Source: Chloroflexota bacterium (lineage in GTDB: Bacteria; Chloroflexota; UBA11872; VXNJ01). Taken from it: 64,000 nt of DNA. The stretch is from positions 436,873-500,872 of the forward strand of contig OZ244593.1 of assembly GCA_965218195.1 (NCBI GenBank). The letters are read 5' to 3'. A program made the position numbers and the translations under genes. Within the stretch, counting starts at the first letter, position 1, and every line of letters starts with the position of its first letter. This document shows positions 57,594-64,000 of this stretch, one piece after another. The notes under the pieces were generated by a model that saw only the letters and a program-made list of their open reading frames with translations, did no database searches and was not told where the DNA came from.

Positions 57594-58532
57594 TTGATGT
57601 TCAACCGCCTTAAACGCCCGCGTGGCGGACGCGGTATCGAGGACGGCGCCGCCAGGTCCCGGCGAGGGTTTGGAAGCCGGCTCGCCGGCATTTTCGAGCG
57701 ATCGCGCATCACCGACGCCGACTGGGAGGAGCTGGAGGAGACTCTGATCAGCGGCGACGTGGGGCTCGATCTGGCGGTCACTCTGGCGGAAGCGATCAGA
57801 GACCGCGTGAAGTCCGATGCGATTAAGGACCCGAACGCAATGTTAGCGGCTGCTCGGGAAGTGTTGATCGAGGCTCTACACGTTAACGGCCGCTCCGAGC
57901 CGCCTGTGGGAAAGCCGGCCGTAATCCTTGTGGTCGGCGTCAACGGCTCGGGCAAGACGACCACGGTCGCCAAGCTGGCCCGGCTTCTTCAAGACATGGG
58001 AAAGACGTCGGTGCTTGCGGCGGCCGACACTTTTCGGGCCGGCGCCATCGATCAGTTGGAGATATGGGGCAAGCGCCTGGATTTGCGAGTGATCGCTCAA
58101 GCGCCCGGTTCGGATCCCGCCGCCGTGGCGTTCGACGCCGCCTCCGCCGCCGTGGCGGCGAATGCCGACTATCTAATCGTCGATACGGCGGGGCGCTTGC
58201 AGACCAACCGCAATCTGATGAAGGAGCTTCGGAAAGTCAGCCGCGTCCTGGCCGGCCGAATCGAATCGGCCCCACACGAGATATTGTTGGTGCTGGATGG
58301 TCTCACCGGACAAAACGGCCTTGCTCAAGCGCGCGAGTTTCATGCGGACGTCGGAGTTTCAGGAATCGTGCTCGCCAAGCTCGACAGCTCTGCCAAAGGC
58401 GGCGTTGTGTTCGCCGTAACCAAGGAGCTTGGCGTACCGGTCAAGTTCGCGGGCACGGGCGAATCGATTGAAGACCTGACGCCGTTCGATGCCGAAGCGT
58501 TCGTCGATGCGCTGGTGAGTCCCAGACCGTGA
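57594..58532 (+). CDS. ftsY: signal recognition particle receptor FtsY (short form)
   Basis: 'VGVNGSGKTTT', 'DTAGR', 'VLAKLDSSAKGG' SRP GTPase motifs. Confidence 0.85.
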   Translation: MMFNRLKRPRGGRGIEDGAARSRRGFGSRLAGIFERSRITDADWEELEETLISGDVGLDLAVTLAEAIRDRVKSDAIKDPNAMLAAAREVLIEALHVNGRSEPPVGKPAVILVVGVNGSGKTTTVAKLARLLQDMGKTSVLAAADTFRAGAIDQLEIWGKRLDLRVIAQAPGSDPAAVAFDAASAAVAANADYLIVDTAGRLQTNRNLMKELRKVSRVLAGRIESAPHEILLVLDGLTGQNGLAQAREFHADVGVSGIVLAKLDSSAKGGVVFAVTKELGVPVKFAGTGESIEDLTPFDAEAFVDALVSPRP

Positions 58533-59296
58533 AAACCGACCGGCCCCGGGCGCTAAAGGGCGTCGTCCTGGTGGGCGGCACGGGCAGCCGCCTCTATCCG
58601 ATTACCATCGTAACCAATAAGCATCTGCTTCCGGTGTATGACCGGCCGATGGTGTATCACCCATTGCAAACGCTCGTCAACGCCGGCGTCAAAGAGGCCA
58701 TGCTTGTGACTGGGGGCAACAACGCCGGCGACTTTCTGCGGCTGCTAGGCGACGGCGGCAAGTTTGGCTTCAGCAGACTTCATTACGCGTATCAGGAGCA
58801 GCCCGGCGGAATCGCTCAGGCGCTCGGGTTAGCCGAAACATTCGCGGGCGGCGACGACATTCTGGTGATTCTGGGCGACAACATCATCGAGTCCAACGTT
58901 CGCGAAGCCGCGGCGGAATTCGCGGCGCAAGAGAACGGCGCCAAACTGATCCTGACGGAAGTTCCCAACCCGTCGGCGTACGGGGTCGCCGAACTTGAGA
59001 CCGGTCGAATAACCGGCATCGAGGAGAAGCCTGAGAACCCAAGATCCAATCTCGCGGTGATCGGGATCTATTTCTATAGCAGCGAAGTATTCGAGGTCAT
59101 CAAGACGCTGAAGCCTTCGGGCAGGGGGGAGCTGGAGATCACCGACGTGAACAACCACTTCATCCGGGCCGGTGCCGCGACGCACAGCATCCTCGATGGA
59201 TACTGGGCGGACTGCGGCGAGTCGATCGACTCCTACCTGGAGGCTGTCAACCTGGTCGCGCGGAACGGGGCCAACGACCGGGCGCCCTGCCCTTAG
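58529..59296 (+). CDS. sugar-phosphate nucleotidyltransferase (glucose-1-phosphate thymidylyltransferase-like)
   Basis: 'GVVLVGGTGSRLYPIT' and 'ILGDNI' motifs. Confidence 0.75.
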   Translation: MKTDRPRALKGVVLVGGTGSRLYPITIVTNKHLLPVYDRPMVYHPLQTLVNAGVKEAMLVTGGNNAGDFLRLLGDGGKFGFSRLHYAYQEQPGGIAQALGLAETFAGGDDILVILGDNIIESNVREAAAEFAAQENGAKLILTEVPNPSAYGVAELETGRITGIEEKPENPRSNLAVIGIYFYSSEVFEVIKTLKPSGRGELEITDVNNHFIRAGAATHSILDGYWADCGESIDSYLEAVNLVARNGANDRAPCP

Positions 59297-59577
59297 GGAT
59301 CGCGGCCGCCCGCCATCGAGGGCAGGATCGTCACCGTGTCGCCGTTCTTCAGTTGGGCCGACAGGCCGCCGATTTCCCGCACTTCGACGTCATTTACAAA
59401 GACATTCGTGTGGTCCAGCACGTCGACGCCGTCCGACGACAGTGAGTTCTTGAGCGTGGGGAACTGCTCGTACAAGCGGTCTAGGAGGTCGGCGAGAGTT
59501 TCGGCGTCGATATCGAGATCGGACTTGCCGGCCGTGTGACCGCGCAGGACCCTCGGAATTCTCACTACAACTGACAC
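59293..59577 (-). CDS. MoaD/ThiS-family ubiquitin-like sulfur carrier with C-terminal extension after Gly-Gly
   Basis: 94 aa ending '...ILPSMAGG|RDP'. Confidence 0.55.
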   Translation of the reverse strand: MSVVVRIPRVLRGHTAGKSDLDIDAETLADLLDRLYEQFPTLKNSLSSDGVDVLDHTNVFVNDVEVREIGGLSAQLKNGDTVTILPSMAGGRDP

Positions 59578-59785
59578 TTACCGCTCCCGATCGCAGCCGG
59601 CAATTTCCAGCCCGCCGCGGTGTTCACCCACCGCCGCCAAGCTTGCTCCTTCGATGTTATCGCAACAACCGATCCACTTCGCAACGGAAATCGATGGACA
59701 AATGATTGACAACGACGATAAGAGTAATATCTGGAGAATCAGGACTCCGTGAGCTGGCCCGGCATGGGGTGAGGGAGCGCAAATC

Positions 59786-59971
59786 GTGAGCGAGAGTAAG
59801 CAGGAGACGGCGCCAATGCGCGATGGCGATACCGCCGAAGGAAGATGTCAGTCTTGTAAGACGGAAACCACAATGCGATTTCGGGTCGAAAGTTCCTGGT
59901 TCGGTATGAAGAAGAAGGAATTCTGGGCCTGCACTAGATGCGGAAACACGCAGGACGCTCCATCTAGTTAA
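59786..59971 (+). CDS. possible small zinc-ribbon protein
   Basis: 'CQSCK...CTRCG'. Confidence 0.3.
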   Translation: MSESKQETAPMRDGDTAEGRCQSCKTETTMRFRVESSWFGMKKKEFWACTRCGNTQDAPSS

Positions 59972-60152
59972 CGCGAGCGTCCCAGCCTCGAACCTAATGA
60001 GACGGGTCCGCGCCGCCTTGGGCGTGCGCGTTGCGTAAGCCGCCCGGCTATATTCGCGTTTTCTGCGTTCCCGACCGACACTAGGCCACGATCATCCTCA
60101 AGGCCAAGCACACTGGGCGGAAGACTAACGCGTCATTCGAGATGATGGGACC

Positions 60153-61382
60153 GTGGCTGAGCCAACCGAGCTGAGTACAGAGCGACTGCTTCTGAGACCC
60201 TTCAGGCTGTCAGATATCGATGATGTGCTTGCCTATGCAAGCGACCCGGAATGGCCGGCGTTCTACTCGCGACCGTACGACCGGGGAGCGGCCGAATACC
60301 CGGTCGCGCGTGGAGTACTGACCTCGTGGGACAAGGAAGCCCTATTCGCCGTCGTCCTCCAGGGTCGTGTAATAGGCCTCGTCGACTTGGACGTCGATCC
60401 AAAGCACCAAAGTGCCGAGCTAGGCTACGACATCGCGAGAGATATGTGGGGACAGGGACTGGCTCCGGAGGCGGCGACCGCCGTTTGCGATTGGGGGTTC
60501 CGCGAATTCGAGCTCGTCAAAGTCTGGGCGTGGGCGAACGCACGGAACAGGCGTTCCCTGCGCGTGATGGAAAAGCTGGGCATGACGCGTGAGGGGTTGC
60601 ACCGGAGTTGTGAAGCCGTGCGAGGGGAGCGGGTGGATGGAGCCCGCTACGCCGTGCTGCGGAGCGAGTGGAATGGCCCCCGTGGACCACTGACTCCCAT
60701 ACCCACGCCCGCCGAGGAGTACGATACAACTGATCGTGGCGGTTCGCGCGAGTTGACGACCCCTCGGCTCGTCCTGCGGCCATTCGAACCGGACGACGTG
60801 GACGACCTCTTCGAGTACGCCAAAGACCCTGATTGGGCAGAGTATCTTCTCGACTCCGTGCCTCAGCCGTATACGCGGCGAAACGCCGAGGAGTTCATCG
60901 CCCGCCAGATGATCGCACCGCCGGATGCACACTCCTCCTGGGCGCTGGAACTCGATGGGATCGGCATAGGAGGCATAATCTTAAACGTCGACTCACGGCA
61001 CGAGACTGGCGAGATCCACTACGCCTTGGCGAAGAAGCACTGGGGTCGAGGCCTCACGACGGAAGCTGCCGGTGCGGTGGTCGACTGGGGGTTTAGACAG
61101 CGGGAGTTGGCCAAGATATCGTCCTGCGCTGACGTCCGTAACCAGGGGTCCTGGCGGGTGATGGAGAAGCTGGGTATGCGGCGAGAGGGAGTGTCCCGGA
61201 GCCACCGCAAGGACCCAAGGCCCGACCACCCGCGGATCGACTTTGTCTACTACGGGCTGCTTCGGGAGGAGTGGGAACAGGCGGTAGTCGGTCGGCCCGA
61301 GTTGGATAGTGGAGGCGGCGGCCATGTCCAGGGCCAGGGCCATGCGGCGGAAGGTCGGCTCGGCGCTGAAGGGGAAGCCTGA
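60153..61382 (+). CDS. tandem (duplicated) GNAT-family N-acetyltransferase
   Basis: two RimJ/RimL-like GNAT repeats, each with 'ERL(L/V)LRPF' N-terminus and 'ARN..S.RVMEKLGM' motif. Confidence 0.7.
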   Translation: MAEPTELSTERLLLRPFRLSDIDDVLAYASDPEWPAFYSRPYDRGAAEYPVARGVLTSWDKEALFAVVLQGRVIGLVDLDVDPKHQSAELGYDIARDMWGQGLAPEAATAVCDWGFREFELVKVWAWANARNRRSLRVMEKLGMTREGLHRSCEAVRGERVDGARYAVLRSEWNGPRGPLTPIPTPAEEYDTTDRGGSRELTTPRLVLRPFEPDDVDDLFEYAKDPDWAEYLLDSVPQPYTRRNAEEFIARQMIAPPDAHSSWALELDGIGIGGIILNVDSRHETGEIHYALAKKHWGRGLTTEAAGAVVDWGFRQRELAKISSCADVRNQGSWRVMEKLGMRREGVSRSHRKDPRPDHPRIDFVYYGLLREEWEQAVVGRPELDSGGGGHVQGQGHAAEGRLGAEGEA

Positions 61383-61654
61383 GGCCGACCAGATACCGTC
61401 ACCCTGGGCGACGAGGAGGGTGAAGGGCATAAGTCACTAAGTCACCCGTCATCCATGTTCAGCCCCTGTAGAACCTTGGCGGCACTGATCGCCGTCAGCC
61501 GGCTGAGTTTCCCGCCGGAATCCACGGCGTTCCCGGTGACGGCCCTGGGAGCATAGTCCGCTTACCCGCCAATGGAGCGTCTCGCTAGAGTGCTAACCTG
61601 AACCTCGGCACGAAGGTTCTTCTCTTTGTACGGTCGGGGCCCCAGTTAGCTCGA

Positions 61655-62566
61655 ATGATTGACGCGATCATCGACACCGATCCCGGGATCGATGACGCGC
61701 TGGCGATATTGCTGGCGCTTAAGTCCGGGCGGTTTCGCGTACATGCCGTTACTACCGTGGCCGGGAACTCCCCGATCGAGGATACGACGGCCAACGCCCG
61801 GTTCTTGCTCTCGCTTGCCGGTCGCGGCGACATACCGCTCTATTCCGGCGCTCGCAAGCCTTTGAAACGCGACCTCGTCACGGCCCCGGTACACGGAAAG
61901 GGCGGACTGGCCGGCGTTCGACAGGGCGGCGCCGCGAGCCTTACCGACGACGCGGCGGCGCGAATCGTGGAGATCGTCAGAGAGTCTCCACAACAGATCA
62001 CACTCATGGCGCTCGGCCCTTTGACTAACGTCGCACGGGCGATCCAACTGGACGCGGAGGCCATGTCGCGGGTCAACGAAATAGTGGTGATGGCTGGAAC
62101 GTTCAAAGGGCCGGGGAATATGCCCCACGGATCGGAATTCAACGTATACGTCGATCCGGAGGCCGCGGATATCGTCTTCAGGTTTCCAGTCCGAACGACA
62201 GTCGTGCCGCTCGAAGCGTGCGACCCTCTGAAGTTTCGCGGCGAATACTTCGGGAGACTGCGCGACGCGGATATCAGGCTGCCCGTCATGCGGATGATGA
62301 ACGGGTTCTCGGAGGCGCTGCCGGGATCGCGTCAAGAAGCAGGGGTAGCCTTGTACGACCCGATCACGGTCTACTGCGCGATCAATCCGAACGCGTTTGA
62401 ACTCGCGCCCCGGCGGATCAGCGTGGGACTCGATGATTCCACAGATCGGGGCCGCACCATCGGCAGTGCGGTGACGACGGGCGAGTCGAGCGACCTGAAT
62501 TTCGTCGCCGGATCGCTGGACCTCGAAGCGTTCCGGCGAGACTTCATCGAGATGCTCGACGGTTAG
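61655..62566 (+). CDS. nucleoside hydrolase (IunH family)
   Basis: N-terminal 'IIDTDPGIDDALAI' aspartate cluster. Confidence 0.85.
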   Translation: MIDAIIDTDPGIDDALAILLALKSGRFRVHAVTTVAGNSPIEDTTANARFLLSLAGRGDIPLYSGARKPLKRDLVTAPVHGKGGLAGVRQGGAASLTDDAAARIVEIVRESPQQITLMALGPLTNVARAIQLDAEAMSRVNEIVVMAGTFKGPGNMPHGSEFNVYVDPEAADIVFRFPVRTTVVPLEACDPLKFRGEYFGRLRDADIRLPVMRMMNGFSEALPGSRQEAGVALYDPITVYCAINPNAFELAPRRISVGLDDSTDRGRTIGSAVTTGESSDLNFVAGSLDLEAFRRDFIEMLDG

Positions 62567-62643
62567 ACCGGCGCCCGTTCGGTCAACGGCAATGCCGAAC
62601 GCGACCTGAGGGGGCCGAACGCGATAGAATGCGCGTTCTGCCA

Positions 62644-64000
62644 ATGCGAAAAATATCCGTCCGGGGCGCCAGCGAAAACAACCTCCAGGGGTTGGATCTG
62701 GACATTCCCCACCAGACCCTTACCGTAATCTCCGGTCTCAGCGGTTCGGGTAAGTCGTCGCTCGCGTTCGACACGATCTTTCGGGAGGGACAGCGTCGTT
62801 ATATCGAGTCGCTGTCTTCCTACGCCCGGCAATTCCTCGGCCAGATGGAGCGCCCTCGCGTCGATCACATAGAAGGGCTTTCACCGGCGGCGGCGATCGA
62901 TCAGCGGTCGGCCAACCGCAACCCGCGGTCCACTGTCGGGACGATTACCGAGGTTAGCGATTATCTGCGGCTTCTCTTTGCCCGGATCGGCCAGGTTCAC
63001 TGCCATCGCTGCGATACGCGGATTCGCCCCCAGACCGCCGGGCAAATCGTCGACCATTTGCTTGAAAGCACCAATGGGGAGCTGGCGCTGATACTGGCTC
63101 CCGTCGTACGCCATCGCAAGGGCGAACACAGCGAGCTCGTAGCTCAGTGGCGGCGCGCCGGATACGTTCGGGCAAGATTCGACGGCGAAGTGCACCGCCT
63201 CGACGCCGCGCCCAAGCTTGCGCGCACCAAGTGGCACGACATCGAAGTCGTGGTTGATCGAATCAGAATCGTCGAAGGGAACCGGGAACGGATCACCGAC
63301 TCGGTCGAGACCGCGACCGAGCTTGCCGAAGGGATGGTGGTCAGCTCCACCAGGGCCGGCGACCAACTGCTGAGCTCGAAATACGGCTGCCCCGGCTGCG
63401 GCGCCAGCGTCGAGCCGCCCGAACCCGCGTCTTTCAGTTTCAACAGCCGCCGCGGCGCGTGCCGGACGTGCCAGGGCCTCGGCAGAGTGCTCGATCTCGA
63501 CCCGGACAAGCTGATCCGCGACCCCGATCTGAGCATTAGGGAAGGCGCTATTTCTCTTACCAACAACTCCGGCTACACACTCTATGCGCGGATGCCGATG
63601 AGAAGCTGGGAGCAGCTTGCCAGCGCGTTCGACTTCAGCACCGACACGCCGTGGAAGGAGCTCTCGAACGAGCAGCGCGACTTGATCCTGTACGGGTCTG
63701 GCCGGCGCAAGTTCACCGAGACGCAATCATGGGAAAGTGAAGACGGCCAGTCGGGCGGCGCCCGCACCACGCAGCGCCCCTGGCGCGGGCTGATTCCGCT
63801 CTTGCGGCGTCGGTCCAAGTCGGGCCGTATGGAGTGGGCGCACAGGCTGCTATCGCATCGGACGTGCCAGGCTTGCGACGGGGCGCGATTGCGCGACGAG
63901 AGTCTCAGCGTTCGGTTTCAGGGGCTGAGCATTGCCGAAGTCAACGCCATGCCGATTGCAAAGGCGCGGGCGTTTCTGAAGGCGTCGGAACTCCAGCCGC
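62644..64000 (+). CDS. uvrA: excinuclease ABC subunit A, 5' partial (runs off window)
   Basis: 'GLSGSGKSSLAFDTIF', 'YIESLSSYARQFLG', zinc finger 'CHRCDTRI'; no stop in window. Confidence 0.85.
   Translation, partial: MRKISVRGASENNLQGLDLDIPHQTLTVISGLSGSGKSSLAFDTIFREGQRRYIESLSSYARQFLGQMERPRVDHIEGLSPAAAIDQRSANRNPRSTVGTITEVSDYLRLLFARIGQVHCHRCDTRIRPQTAGQIVDHLLESTNGELALILAPVVRHRKGEHSELVAQWRRAGYVRARFDGEVHRLDAAPKLARTKWHDIEVVVDRIRIVEGNRERITDSVETATELAEGMVVSSTRAGDQLLSSKYGCPGCGASVEPPEPASFSFNSRRGACRTCQGLGRVLDLDPDKLIRDPDLSIREGAISLTNNSGYTLYARMPMRSWEQLASAFDFSTDTPWKELSNEQRDLILYGSGRRKFTETQSWESEDGQSGGARTTQRPWRGLIPLLRRRSKSGRMEWAHRLLSHRTCQACDGARLRDESLSVRFQGLSIAEVNAMPIAKARAFLKASELQP

Noticed and set aside
61646-62644. 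332-aa ORF on the minus strand
   Set aside because: Antisense to the nucleoside hydrolase gene with its clear DTDPGIDD motif.
62881-63726. 281-aa ORF on the minus strand
   Set aside because: Antisense within uvrA.

Overview
High-GC (~65%) bacterial chromosomal window. From the high GC and the Tat-lipobox SBPs with repetitive linkers I suspect a Chloroflexi-type organism; that placement is inference, not seen directly. It mixes housekeeping genes (rpsT, holA, ftsY, partial uvrA, pstSCAB) with strongly accessory content.

Described content:
- Two paralogous sugar ABC uptake operons (SBP-permease-permease, no ATPase gene). Their lipoprotein SBPs share a near-identical Tat-like signal, lipobox and a repetitive 'VEKVVTQ' linker encoded by tandem DNA repeats.
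- A hydantoinase A/B pair, two PhyH-family dioxygenases, an MSOX-type oxidase, a PQQ sugar dehydrogenase and two large polytopic membrane proteins.
- Four tRNAs: two tRNA-Met/Ile2(CAT), tRNA-Leu(CAG) and tRNA-Arg(TCG).
- A pst operon preceded by an OmpR-family response regulator with no kinase and a single-repeat PhoU.
- A btuFCD-like ABC importer preceded by a probable cobalamin riboswitch.
- An AAC(3)-like acetyltransferase.

Most unusual regions:
1. A mobile/defence island at about 34.0-44.0 kb. It holds a REP-associated tyrosine transposase (RAYT) flanked by a 22-28 bp perfect-palindrome REP family (five copies in the window, one inside the RAYT ORF itself), a phage Gp37/Gp68 gene, a lower-GC (~52%) translationally coupled three-gene operon of unknown function (first gene TIGR04255-like), a 1347-aa Type IIG/IIL restriction-modification fusion enzyme with a low-GC C-terminal specificity segment, a Doc/RHH toxin-antitoxin pair and an NYN nuclease.
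2. A decayed type II-C Cas9 N-terminus (RuvC-I and REC fragments, bridge helix missing) joined out of frame to a GH42 beta-galactosidase C-terminal fragment. No CRISPR array is present.

Gene remnants (IS110 transposase tail, DXS C-terminus, truncated Ppx/GppA) and small repeat families (ATTCCC-N8-GGGAAT hairpins; a ~70-nt element in two copies) point to a recombinationally active region. Many long antisense ORFs in the six-frame track are high-GC artefacts.
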